A stretch of 63,849 nucleotides of DNA, the filler included, from Octopus bimaculoides (lineage: Eukaryota): assembly GCF_001194135.2 (NCBI RefSeq). It is 3 parts of 3 records of this genome, joined end to end, with 100 filler letters (N's around TTAATTAATTAA, not from the genome) between each part and the next. Parts side by side here need not be neighbours in the genome. Positions count along the whole stretch, not along the records: positions 1 to 30,421 come from NC_069000.1; 2 more parts are not named here. The stretch is one strand, 5' to 3'. The position numbers and the translations under genes were made by a program. This document shows, piece after piece, positions 1-12,770 of this stretch. The notes under the pieces were generated by a model. It saw only the letters and a program-made list of their open reading frames with translations, had not been told where the DNA came from and searched no databases. Every line of letters begins with the position of its first letter. Positions within the stretch are counted from its first letter, which is position 1.

Positions 1-510
1 TATATATATATATATGTATGTTTGTATGTATGTATATATAAAGGGATCCAAACTCCTTCCTGAGCTGTAGCCTAATAAAGCCTGTTTCTTTTATAGATAT
101 GTTTGGTATTATCTATACACCATTACACATGTTTCATTTCCTAATAGGAGTTAAGAAGATATATGTGTAGAATAAACATGTAGAACATCTATTAGGAATT
201 CACCAGACAGAGAATCAAATAATGCAAAATTTACATTTGGATGGAGCTATATATAGCCTAAGTAGTAATCAGGAGTCACATTAATAGTTAGAGAGGAGAA
301 TATACAATATTGTAGCTGACACTGAGAAATGAAAAACTGTGTAATAGTGAATAAATAATAGGAAAAAGAATTTTTTAATCTGTTTCAATATGCAATTATA
401 CTGCAAAATCTATTTTCTGGTATTTTTCAACTCTTATGCATACCTCACACAAATATAACATCTACACAAATAGAATATACTGGAATATGTAGATGTGATT
501 CATGAGGACC

Positions 511-543
<33 letters not shown>

Positions 544-655
544 CACATAAACAGAGCCTGAAAGATTCCTTTAAGATGCATGGCATATTTTATAAATATA
601 CCTGTTCAAGTATCATAATAGCGGGAAACTATTAGTAGCTCTTTCGGCTGTGTAT

Positions 656-704
<49 letters not shown>

Positions 705-1518
705 CATGCACATATATATACACACACACTTGCACACACATACTCACATACACAAATGTGTATATAAATTATAACTACGTGTGTGAATATGTGTGTATAT
801 GTGAATGTACAAATGTACAGGATCCAAAGGCAAGGCTAAATGGTTAAGAAATTTGCTTCAAAATCATAAGATCCTGGACTGAATCCCATTGTTTGCACTT
901 TAAGGTGAATGATTTTATCACAGCATCAAGCCAACTAGAGTTTTTGTAATAGAAATTGGGTTGATGGAAATTGAGTGGGAGCCCATTGAAGGGTGTGTGC
1001 CTATAATGCAAAGGACCAGCTTTGTCATTCACTGAGGATAACATTAAGAGTACAATTGTCTGTGGAATATGCATCCACATACACTAGGTTTGAATGTGTT
1101 GACAGTTCAGTGGGTCAAATGATTGGAAAAAATTCATCCTCAACACTGAAGAAGGAAACATTTATTTTTTTTTTAACTAATGTACACATGGTAAGAAGTC
1201 AAGTTGTATATGTGAAGGAATGCATGATTATAAGTGTGAATGAATGCTTGTGTATGTATGTATGTATGTATGGATGCATGTAAACTAGATGCATATTTGA
1301 ATGACTGTGTATGTGAATAAATGTGTGTGTTATGCATGAAAGTATAGATATGCACATGAATGTGTGTGTGTGTGTGCACAAGTGCATGTTCGTAAGAGTA
1401 GATGAAAGTTATTTGTGTGCATGTATGTGTGTTTGCATACATAAACTATATGTATATTTGAATGAGTATATATATGTGGTCGTATGTGCATATGTATGCA
1501 TGTGTCAGTGAGAAAATG

Positions 1519-1573
<55 letters not shown>

Positions 1574-1909
1574 TTAAGGAAGAGACAGGATGTACATGTT
1601 TGACTTATGCATGCTTGTTCAGTGTATGGATTTATTAGTAAGGTGCCAAAAGTGAAAAGAAGAAGAAGAAGAAGAAGCTTGGGAAGTGTAAAAATGTGAC
1701 AAAGAAAAAGAAAAAGAAATTTAAAAACAACAACTCAAGCAGCACCACCTTAGTTTTTACCGTGCTTTTATTGTGCGACGAAATAGAGTTGGGCAGGCTT
1801 AGAAGATTTTCAACTCCTTAATAATTTAAACATCCTTTGGTTCCCCATCCTGCCCAGTCAAAAATAATATAGAAATAAAAAATGAAATAATCAAACACAC
1901 ACAATAAAA

Positions 1910-1958
<49 letters not shown>

Positions 1959-2029
1959 TAATAATAATGATAATAATAATTCTTTCTAATTTTTGGCACA
2001 TGATCAGTAATTTTTTTTAGGGGAGGAGG

Positions 2030-2760
2030 CAAGTCAAAGTTGATTACAATGTCCTAGTACAGTATCTCAGGTAGTTTATTTTATTGATTCTGAGAGGGTG
2101 GATGGTAAAGTTTGGCTCGACAGTATTTGAACTCAGAATATAAAAAAAAAATCAGAAGGAATTACACTTAACACTTTGATGAGCTAACAATTCTGCCAGC
2201 TTGCTTCCTTAATAAGAGTAATAATAATAATAATAACACTAGGATTAATTTAGGCACAAGGCCAGTTATTCTGAGGGCATGGGCTGAAGAATTACTTCAG
2301 CCCCAGTACTTGACTGGTACTTTATTCTAACAACCCTAGAAGGAGGAGTGACAAAGTTAACATTGGTAGGACTTGAACTGAGAACATAAACGGCCATATC
2401 TGATCATTGCAAAGCATTTTGTCTGATGCTCTAACGATTTCGCCAATCGATGATGTAATAATAATAATAATGATAATAATCCGTTCTTTTCTTTTAATGA
2501 ATTGGCCACAATGATAATATTGATTGTTTCAAATTTTGGTACAAGGTCAACAATTTTGGGGGTTAGGGAGTTAGATTATATTAAATGCAGTCTTTGACTG
2601 GTTCCATATTTATCAACAGTGAAACCATGTCAGTGTTTGAACTTAGAATGGAAAAATCGTCTGGTCTGAAGCCAAGCCTGGTAAAGGCACTTTGTCCAAT
2701 GCTCCACAGGGCTTCAAATAAGAAGGACAGATTTTTGTCAGCCTGAAGTTAATCAATATT
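2030..2760 (-). mobile_element. Cluster of three degenerate family-B SINEs
   Basis: Three reverse-oriented copies (about 2030-2205, 2250-2445, 2525-2760) with ccccagtacttgactggtactttatt and tttgaactcagaa blocks. Confidence 0.7.
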
Positions 2761-3913
2761 AAGAAGCAAAAAAAAAAAAAAAAAAAAAAAAAANNNNNNN
2801 NNNNNNNNNNNNNNNNNNNNNNNNNNNNNNNNNNNNNNNNNNNNNNNNNNNNNNNNNNNNNNNNNNNNNNNNNNNNNNNNNNNNNNNNNNNNNNNNNNNN
2901 NNNNNNNNNNNNNNNNNNNNNNNNNNNNNNNNNNNNNNNNNNNNNNNNNNNNNNNNNNNNNNNNNNNNNNNNNNNNNNNNNNNNNNNNNNNNNNNNNNNN
3001 NNNNNNNNNNNNNNNNNNNNNNNNNNNNNNNNNNNNNNNNNNNNNNNNNNNNNNNNNNNNNNNNNNNNNNNNNNNNNNNNNNNNNNNNNNNNNNNNNNNN
3101 NNNNNNNNNNNNNNNNNNNNNNNNNNNNNNNNNNNNNNNNNNNNNNNNNNNNNNNNNNNNNNNNNNNNNNNNNNNNNNNNNNNNNNNNNNNNNNNNNNNN
3201 NNNNNNNNNNNNNNNNNNNNNNNNNNNNNNNNNNNNNNNNNNNNNNNNNNNNNNNNNNNNNNNNNNNNNNNNNNNNNNNNNNNNNNNNNNNNNNNNNNNN
3301 NNNNNNNNNNNNNNNNNNNNNNNNNNNNNNNNNNNNNNNNNNNNNNNNNNNNNNNNNNNNNNNNNNNNNNNNNNNNNNNNNNNNNNNNNNNNNNNNNNNN
3401 NNNNNNNNNNNNNNNNNNNNNNNNNNNNNNNNNNNNNNNNNNNNNNNNNNNNNNNNNNNNNNNNNNNNNNNNNNNNNNNNNNNNNNNNNNNNNNNNNNNN
3501 NNNNNNNNNNNNNNNNNNNNNNNNNNNNNNNNNNNNNNNNNNNNNNNNNNNNNNNNNNNNNNNNNNNNNNNNNNNNNNNNNNNNNNNNNNNNNNNNNNNN
3601 NNNNNNNNNNNNNNNNNNNNNNNNNNNNNNNNNNNNNNNNNNNNNNNNNNNNNNNNNNNNNNNNNNNNNNNNNNNNNNNNNNNNNNNNNNNNNNNNNNNN
3701 NNNNNNNNNNNNNNNNNNNNNNNNNNNNNNNNNNNNNNNNTATATATATATATATGTATATATACATACAGACACATGCAGGCAGTTAGGCAGACAGACA
3801 GATTGGTAAGGAGAAACTGTGACCAGAATGTGGATAGATGTGAGAAAGTGGAGTGTTTGAGTATAAGACACAGAGTGTGTGTATGTGAGTATGTTTGTGT
3901 GTGTATACATACA

Positions 3914-3949
<36 letters not shown>

Positions 3950-4372
3950 GTCAAACAGAATATTACTGGTTTAGGTATATAACTGTCCAGAAGGTTACGA
4001 GTGGGTTCTTTTTGCACTGACTATTGTACTTGGGCCATATTGATGACTTTTTAGACATACTAAACAGAAGCACATAGCCGCTTTTATACTAGAGGTGTGC
4101 GTGTACAGACACACACATATCCACACACATACACGCACAGATACACACACACCACTAACATAAAAGAGGCTATGCGCTTTCACTCGGCATGTCTGAAGAG
4201 TCATCAATACTGCCAAGTACAATAGCCAGTGTGAAACCATTGGTAACATTCTGACCAATTATATGCTATAACTAGTTATATATTGCTCAACAATATAAAA
4301 TATAACCATTCTTTCTCTCTTTCCAAATAGAGTGTGCTTTCTTTTTACTGACTTACAGACAACTAACTGATA

Positions 4373-4416
<44 letters not shown>

Positions 4417-5499
4417 GTGTGAGTGCAAGTATGTTTCCAGTTGTTTTGAGAAGAAGAAAAATAAAAAAAATAAAGTAACATAGTTGGTTGAAACAAAAAG
4501 AGACGCTTTGTTTTTTTCCCATTTATTTATAAGATATTTCCGACATTTTGGCTTCAAAGACAACTAGAATTTCAATATATTTATTATTCTCCTTTTTTTT
4601 TTTTTTTNNNNNNNNNNNNNNNNNNNNNNNNNNNNNNNNNNNNNNNNNNNNNNNNNNNNNNNNNNNNNNNNNNNNNNNNNNNNNNNNNNNNNNNNNNNNA
4701 AAAAAAAAAAAAAGAAGCAATTTACAAACCTAAATGGCATGGTTGTAGATTGAAAGAAAGGAAGAAAGATAGGAAAAACTAGTTGAACATAATTGAAACT
4801 TAGGGCAAGTGAGTGTCTGTCATATCCATTTCGAATAAAGAAATTTCCCTGTAGTAGTCATTGCAATCATTGGAGGATTTTTTTTTGTTTTAATTTCTAA
4901 TTTGACAAATAACATCTAATAGGTTTATCACTTTCATTTTGTAGTTTTAGTCTTGTCCTTATTTCCTGATTTATTGAAGCACTCTCTGTTTTCCGCTTTT
5001 TTTTTTTTTTAAAGGAATTTTTCAGCAACAAAAGTTAACTTTATCCTCGTTGTTGTTGTTGTTGTTGTTGCTGTTGTTATTATTATTATTATTATTATTA
5101 TTTCAATTTAAAAAAATTTTTTTTTTATTATTGTCATTGTTTGGTTAGAAATTGTTTTGTGATTTTTTGTTTTGTTATGTTGACTCTTGGATCAAACGGT
5201 CATATCAGAAGGGACATGATGAATCTATTGTTCCAAGGACATTCGATGCTTCACAAAAATGAAGATGTAAAATATACAAAATAATAATAATAATCGCTTA
5301 TTTCAGAAAGGCATTGTTTTAATAATAATATTTTCATTCTTCTTCCTTTTCTTTATCTGTTCTGATGATGTTCATTTCAAAGATCCTTTGCATTCATTCG
5401 TTCTTTGGATATTCTTCATTTTAACTATTGTTGCTGTTGTTATAATTACCATTGCTCTTGTTGTCTTTGTGAATGCTGTTATTATCGCTGTTGTTGATG

Positions 5500-5625
5500 T
5501 CATTGCTTGGTGTTACTGCTGCTGCTGCTGCTGCTTCTGCTGTTGTTGTTGCTGCTGCTGTTACTGTTGCTTCCAATGTGGTGGTGGTGGTGGCGGCGGT
5601 AGTTGTTGTTGTTGTGGCAGTGGTG
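5500..5625 (-). repeat. Compound triplet repeat (CAG/CAA/CAC on the mRNA strand) downstream of the calponin stop
   Basis: (ctg)n/(ttg)n/(gtg)n blocks about 75-200 nt past the stop codon. Confidence 0.85.
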
Positions 5626-5698
5626 ATGGTACTAGTTGGTGAAGGTGTTGGAGGTTATACTGCCGTTACTGTTGGATTTCCAGGCATCAAGAAACAGC

Positions 5699-6592
5699 TT
5701 AATCACAGATGTGTCGTGCTTTACCAATGTTCATGCCCGTTTGGGTAGCTCCCTTGTTATGACCGTATTGCAAACTGATAGTAGATTTACCTGACTCACT
5801 GAATTCATCACATCTGATGTCAGCCACATGGCGAACAGCACCAAAAGACATACCTGCCTGGCTGGCAAACTTGTTGGTTCCAGCCTGGAGTGACAGGGAA
5901 CCATCGCTCTCTTTGTCAAATTGGTCAGCTCTAATATCAGCAATGTGGCGAACAGCACCGAAAGATGTCATGCCTTTCTGACTGGCAAACTGGTTTGTAC
6001 CAGCCTGCAGAGTCAACATACCTTCAGCATCTCTTGAATGGTCATCACACCGAATATCAGCCACGTGTCTTACGCCACCTATACAGCTCATACCCTTTTG
6101 GCTGGCACCCTTGTTGCTACCAGCCTGGAGCCCAATCACTGTTTGACCCTCTGCATTCATGTCATCAGCTCTGATGTCACTGATGTGGCGAACAGCTCCG
6201 AAACCACTCATACCAGCCTGACTGGCACACTTATTGGTTCCACTCTGCAAACCAATATGACCCTGGGAATCCTGGGTGATTTCATCTGCTCTAATATCAG
6301 CAATATGGCGGACGGCACCAAAAGACATACCTGACTGAGTGGCATACTTGTTTGTGCCAGCCTGGAGGGAGATTACACCTTGGCCCTCTTTGTTCATGTC
6401 ATCAGCTCTGATATCTGCAATATGTCTTACAGCTCCAATCTTCATACCAATTTGACTAGCAAACTTGTTAGTGCCAGCCTGCAAACCAATGATTCCTTCT
6501 CCAGCTCTTAGCTGTTCTTCGCTGAAATTTACTTGATGTTTTTCAGTTGGTTTTGGGCCACAAACAGCTCCATTGTAGTTTCGGCGTTGGGC
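5699..6592 (-). CDS. Calponin-like protein, terminal exon (end of CH linker + 7 calponin/CLIK repeats, TAA stop)
   Basis: Acceptor ...cttaacAG at 6594-6593. Reads AQRRNYNGAVCGPKPTEKHQVNFSEEQLRAGEGIIGLQAGTNKFASQIGMKIGAVRHIAD...GKARHICD*. Seven copies of the calponin-repeat motif I.LQ.G.NK.ASQ.GM; 894 nt, phase 0, extends ORF 5699..6484. Confidence 0.95.
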   Translation of the reverse strand, partial: AQRRNYNGAVCGPKPTEKHQVNFSEEQLRAGEGIIGLQAGTNKFASQIGMKIGAVRHIADIRADDMNKEGQGVISLQAGTNKYATQSGMSFGAVRHIADIRADEITQDSQGHIGLQSGTNKCASQAGMSGFGAVRHISDIRADDMNAEGQTVIGLQAGSNKGASQKGMSCIGGVRHVADIRCDDHSRDAEGMLTLQAGTNQFASQKGMTSFGAVRHIADIRADQFDKESDGSLSLQAGTNKFASQAGMSFGAVRHVADIRCDEFSESGKSTISLQYGHNKGATQTGMNIGKARHICD

Positions 6593-8125
6593 CTGTTAAG
6601 AAATAGAAAATACAGCAAAATTAACTCATGGAAGGTGTGAGTTGGTTGTTATTGAAAACTTTCAAACAAATGGACAAATCTTAATGGGTAATTTAGGAAG
6701 TCATGAGTTATTTAAGATATCTGATTATTTAATAAATCATGAAGTTATTTATTGTTTAGGCTTAAGTCAACCTAAACAATAGTGAAGGCATACCAGCTAT
6801 GGCCATCCCATCGTTTTCATATGTATATTAATCTTAACTGATTTGAGCAAGAATCAGTTTTTACAATTCTAACAGGTTAATTAACTATGTAGGAGTTCCC
6901 TATTTGGTTTGATTCATGAAATGATTTCTTATTGAGTATTATTGAATTAAAAAAAAACAAACTGGATTTTATAATGATTATTATTTTATATACAAAGGTG
7001 TACAGATGGTGGCCTTAGAGGTTTAAGATAGGGATTTCTATATTTAATCATTAATAGTATCACTAAGTTGATGTATAAAATGAACAATGAACATTTGTAG
7101 GGATGTAAGCTGTTCAAAAAATACATCTTGGTAGGAAGGGAAATTTATCTTTCTATTACTACTGTAACATTGATTGCCTTAGAGTATAGTTAATATCCAT
7201 TAACACTTCTACTACTTTGACCATCACCACTAGTGTTATCACTTACGTTATGATACTAATAGCACTGCCTTATCCACCATCATTGCCTCCGACAACAGCT
7301 CTGGCTGTATTTTTTACTATAGATTTGCAGTATATTTGGCTTAGTTTCATATCATGCCACCCACGATAAATGTGAGTGTGTGTGAATGTTTATATATAGA
7401 TGTGCGTGCATGCACACGCACATGATTTGAATGACTACATATGTTGTTTACATTGGTTGCTAAAGGTATTTGTGGTGAGTCTTATATGACTCCTCTTCAT
7501 ACTCTCGGCAAGTATTATAGTTGACCTACTATCATCATCTTTGTTGGTATCTGTGGGGGGAGGGGATTCTGTAAATTACCCTAACTACCAAAAGTGGACA
7601 CTCTCCCATAGCTGTCATTCCACCACCTACAGGTATACGGTGAGAGTGGGCCCATTCACTTGGGTCGTTCTTGCAACTCTCACACACCTTTAATAGATTT
7701 ATTGGTGGTTGGCACTTTGCCCTCTCCTCTCAATTTCCTCTCCATGTAGAATGTGAAAAAGTTAATGTGGATTGGATCAAAGAGGAAAGTGTCTTTGGCC
7801 CCACCAGCAAGGTCATGTGCTGTTTATCTTGATATGAGATCACCATGTCACGCACATATGATTGTGATGCATGTGCCTGGTGTACCCTTATCAGACGGGT
7901 AGCCATGCTGAGTATATCAGGCTTCGTATATTTGTACCTCAGTGTCACTTTGATAGTATGTAGTGCTCTCTCACTCAATAATAATAGTAATGATAATAAT
8001 GATAGTAATGATTTTTTTTATTAGACACGAGTTTCTAAGGAAGGGGGAATGACACCATGTCACATTCACTGCTTCCCTTAGTCTTTTTTTATTAGTCATA
8101 ATAATAACTAATAAACAAAATAAAG

Positions 8126-8187
<62 letters not shown>

Positions 8188-8206
8188 GATGACGATGATT
8201 GTGATA

Positions 8207-8244
<38 letters not shown>

Positions 8245-8636
8245 TATGATGATGGGGAGCATAACACCATAGGGTTTATCAAACCAGTTGACAGCCTTCC
8301 ATGAGTTAAATATATTAGCTGTATTTAATTTAAACACCTGGGCCCTAGATATCATTTTCTTTTGTTTTTTTTTTCATGTTTCCTATGAAGTTCCACCAGT
8401 AGAGTTGTGGATGCTTATACTCTGCTACTTGTCCTTTTTGCGAATGGTAAGAGGCAGGTTTTTCTGTTTTGTGCTATGGAATTCTCACCTTCCAGTAAGT
8501 CATCCAATGCCAGCTTTCAATCGAAATAGGAGATAAGTGAAAATCTGAATGCATCCCAGAATATAGCAGATATCTATTTTTTACTGAAGCGATAAAGAGA
8601 TAGTGTCTGATTGACTGAAGGATGTATTTGTACAGA

Positions 8637-8700
<64 letters not shown>

Positions 8701-9668
8701 NNNNNNNNNNNNNNNNNNNNNNNNNNNNNNNNNNNNNNNNNNNNNNNNNNNNNNNNNNNNNNNNNNNNNNNNNNNNNNNNNNNNNNNNNNNNNNNNNNNN
8801 NNNNNNNNNNNNNNNNNNNNNNNNNNNNNNNNNNNNNNNNNNNNNNNNNNNNNNNNNNNNNNNNNNNNNNNNNNNNNNNNNNNNNNNNNNNNNNNNNNNN
8901 NNNNNNNNNNNNNNNNNNNNNNNNNNNNNNNNNNNNNNNNNNNNNNNNNNNNNNNNNNNNNNNNNNNNNNNNNNNNNNNNNNNNNNNNNNNNNNNNNNNN
9001 NNNNNNNNNNNNNNNNNNNNNNNNNNNNNNTATATATATATGTATGTATGTATGTATTTATATATATGTATATATATATGTAAATCAAAGTGTACAGTAT
9101 CATATATCCATTATGACCAATCTTACGAATTGGTTTTGTACTAGGGGTTCAACTGAGTGTTAGATAACAGTCCGATTATGTAACCCAGCACTTATCAGAA
9201 GTAGCCATTATGGAATGAAATATGGTGACTGGTTAGGGTGTGTATGCAATGGGTTATGTGGCTAATCTCATGTAGTTTTATCATTTTCGCTCTGTTTTTA
9301 TTTGCTATCCATCAACCCAGTGTGCTGTGTGGGGACCAGTGAGACAAAGAACAGATCCAATGTTTCATTTGCATGTTGTAAAAGGCGATTAAAAGAGGTT
9401 GAGGTAGGATTTGCATTCTGACTTTGTAAAACCTTTTCCAGCAATGACTATCAAAAACAGACCCAAGGGCTGGAGGGTTGTGGCCTGAGTGGCTGCAAAG
9501 ATGTCATCTGCCAGGAGTGGTAGGGAATCACCAACAAATGGTGGATGTAGTGATGCACTATTACAGCGCATACTCTCATACCACTGCAACTTCAACACAT
9601 TAATCCCTATAATCTCTATACATTGGAACATTTAAGTACACTTTTGGATTGAAATGGAAACTACTTAC

Positions 9669-9806
9669 CTCGGTACCTAACTGCAAAAGTGTTGCAATCA
9701 CCATTGCCATGTTACGACCCTCAAACAGATCAACGGTTTGGAAACAGCTGTTGTCTGGCACCCCATAAGCTTTGCAAGCATTCAAGAAGGTCTCGATGTT
9801 TTCCAT
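9669..9806 (-). CDS. Calponin-like protein exon (C-terminal part of CH domain)
   Basis: AG acceptor (9808-9807) and GTAAGT donor (from 9668). 138 nt = MENIETFLNACKAYGVPDNSCFQTVDLFEGRNMAMVIATLLQLGTE, the typical calponin/transgelin CH motif ENI..FL.A...YGV....FQTVDLFE.RN. Confidence 0.95.
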
Positions 9807-10052
9807 CTAAGTGTAGAAAAAGAAAAGTGATAAAGGTTGAGTAAAAAGTGAAGAGACAAGTCTTATAAATAAAGTTCATAGAATTTATATTGATTTAAAG
9901 TTTGAAAGGTTATCTGCATTTTTAGTAAATAAATTACATATACCATTCTAAATTTGCCTTTCAACAAAGTATTTACATTTAGTATGATACATAGACGACT
10001 ACTTTAATCTAATACTACTTCTGCTACATCTATCCATCCATCTATATCTACC

Positions 10053-10104
<52 letters not shown>

Positions 10105-10264
10105 AATCCATCCATCCATCCATCCATCCATCCATACATCCATCCATCCATACATCCATCTATCTATCTATCTATACACACAAACAAAACTATATATATA
10201 TATATATATATAGTTAAAAAAAACAATAACAAAAAAAACAAAAAAACAACAAGGTGAGGACGTG

Positions 10265-10342
<78 letters not shown>

Positions 10343-10399
10343 TTATTCACATACCCATACATACACATACATACATATAAATATATCTAAATATATATG

Positions 10400-10452
<53 letters not shown>

Positions 10453-10526
10453 ACACACACATATTTACACAAATGTGCATACGAAAATCCAAACAGCCAA
10501 CCAAACAAATAAATGTCTATACTAAC

Positions 10527-10629
10527 CTGTTTGAAAGGTGTACAGGATGCATTTGTCTTGAGGGTACAACTCTTTGTTTCAGACGGAAGATCTGAATCTG
10601 GGGTACCTTTAATCACTTTTTCTGCCAGT
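10527..10629 (-). CDS. Calponin-like protein exon (middle of CH domain)
   Basis: tttcAG acceptor and GTTAGT donor. 103 nt (1+34 codons) = LAEKVIKGTPDSDLPSETKSCTLKTNASCTPFKQ; phases join both neighbouring exons (PFKQ|MENIE). Confidence 0.9.
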
Positions 10630-11513
10630 CTGAAAATGAGTAGAAATTATTCAGAATTTTATTAACATAATTTATTTGAAGAATCATGGATGGGTAATGT
10701 AGTGATTTTCATGCAATTTGCAAGTGTATGGATATCAAAGGTAAACTGAAATAGGTCTAGTTTTTGACAGGGGTGGGAGCTGTGGGTGGGGAGATCGTTT
10801 TTTTTATTGATACAAATAGATATAGGCATGACTGCTTGGTTAAGAAGTTCACTTTCCAACCACATGGTTTTGGGTTCTGTTCCACTATGTGGAAGCATGA
10901 GAAAGTTTCTTCTACTATTGCCCTGGGTTAACCGAAGCCTCCTGAGTAAATTTGATAGACAGAAGCCCATTGTATGCATGTATGCATGTATGTATGTATG
11001 TATGTATGTATGCATGAAAACCATATAGACAAGTGCGATTCGATTTACTTAGTATTCGTAAGCAAAAATAAAATAAAATAAAATAAACAAAAAGGTTACT
11101 CAATTAACATTACACTCGTAAAGAAAAGAAAAATCCATGAGTTTGCAAAAAAATATGCCAAGAAAGGTAATTCTATATAACTTTATCAATAGTCATGTTA
11201 GAGTTACTTCCCTTCTCACGTTAGCTAAGCGAGCCAAGTCTAAACGCGCGATGATGTCATTGCGAAAATTCAGCTCAACCGTAACGAGGCAAATTTAGGA
11301 GGAAAAGCCTTCCGATTGTGACCATTCTATCTTTCTCTGAAACAGAGTACACCCAAGAGAGGGATTTCGTTGCTATTTGGTTGCTAGAAGATGCACAACT
11401 TAGTAAAAACTCCCTCATTTTCTCGTATGATATGTTTATTTATTTATGGCGATACGAGAAAGTCTTCAATATATCTATTCTTTTTATTTGGGACAAGAAA
11501 GAACGAAAAACCT

Positions 11514-11649
11514 GTTCCTAGTTTCTATTTTCACGTTCTTAGTTTCTATTCTCACGTTCCTAGTTTCTATTCTCACGTTCCTAGTTTCTATTCTCACGTT
11601 CCTAGTTTCTATTCTCACGTTCCTAGTTTCTATTCTCACGTTCCTAGTT
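11514..11649. repeat. 21-bp minisatellite (TTCCTAGTTTCTATTCTCACG), about 6.5 copies
   Basis: Directly visible; explains the VPSFYSH and FLVSILT repeats in the ORF track. Confidence 0.95.
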
Positions 11650-11796
11650 GAAAGACTTATTTTCGGTATATTCTCGTCTGTTTCTTCGTCTCAGTTCTTC
11701 AGTAACAAACCAACCTTTTTCTTTCTCTTCTTTTTTGGGTTTTTTTTACCTGTTAAACATTTCTCCATGTGAACGTAGGGTTTATAGTTGTGTATA

Positions 11797-11836
<40 letters not shown>

Positions 11837-12734
11837 AAAGAAAAAGTATAGGCAATCTTTCGGTGGAAGTCTCGTAAGTGCCAAATTTGAACAGCTGATT
11901 GTATATGTACGGCAGGGTCTCATATATGCGATACAGTGAGTTGAAAGCCTTCGATCAGATGATGTTATCCCACAAAAAAAAAAAAAAAAAGACAGTACAA
12001 TGTGCGAGCGCTTGTGTGTCTGTGTGTGTGTGCATATTCTACCTGGCAGAATAAGAACGATCAACACACACACACGCAATTTTATTCCTCATATTCCAGC
12101 CACTGGCCATTCTCAATTATTTACCTTACTTAGTTTTTTTAAAAAAATTATGCCAGTTACCCTAGGTCATAAACGTTTTCTACACCTTTTGTATGTCTAA
12201 GTATTTTGTCTACTGGAGTGAACGGTATGAGAGCTGCTGTGCTGGTGACGCCTATTGAGGCAGGAACAAAATGTCTTCAACTATACTTTTGCCACCATAC
12301 AGCCGACTGTATTTTCCTAAATGGCATGTTACGTTCGGAGAACCCTTGATTCATGAAATATCTCCACTTCTCTAGAAGTTGGTTACGCTTGTCACACAAA
12401 AATCGTTTACTTTTCTCTTAAAGGGAAGATTATTTCAATGGCTCAAGGATTTATCTTGTACGGTATTTAATATACCTTTATTCATCTTTATTTTCCTTAG
12501 TTCATTTTCGCGCGCGCGCACCCCCACCCACCCCACACACAGATTCAAGAGTAAAGGAATGGATTAGATAAAGTCCTGGCTACATACGTTTCATAGCGAG
12601 CGGAACCTCGGAAGTAGTAAATATCCAAGCGAGGTGTATACCGCTGGCTATTCTTCTAACCAAGGTTATCTTGATTACATGAGGTTTCTAACGTGTCGTT
12701 AGGAGGCCCTTGTTAACACACGGAGGATTCGAGA

Positions 12735-12737
12735 GGG

Positions 12738-12770
<33 letters not shown>

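Noticed and set aside
139-197. 10-bp inverted repeat ttcctaatag / ctattaggaa
   Set aside because: Short and AT-rich; expected by chance in this composition.
650-4733. Many ORFs rich in YI, CV, HT or X
   Set aside because: Translations of (TA)n, (TG)n and (CA)n microsatellites and N gaps; no domain or splice support.
5388-5748. Cys/Gly-rich and Ala/Val-rich ORFs
   Set aside because: They are the triplet repeats antisense to the calponin 3' region.
5731-6334. ORFs 5731-5958, 5965-6174 and 6038-6334
   Set aside because: Alternative-frame or antisense shadows of the calponin exon.
8385-8446. Possible plus-strand exon (pyrimidine tract-AG ... ATG|GTAAGA)
   Set aside because: Splice-like signals, but no recognisable peptide and no partner exons.
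11514-11649. CRISPR-like array (also 29607-29771 and 63610-63849)
   Set aside because: Head-to-tail repeats with no unique spacers, eukaryotic context, no cas genes.
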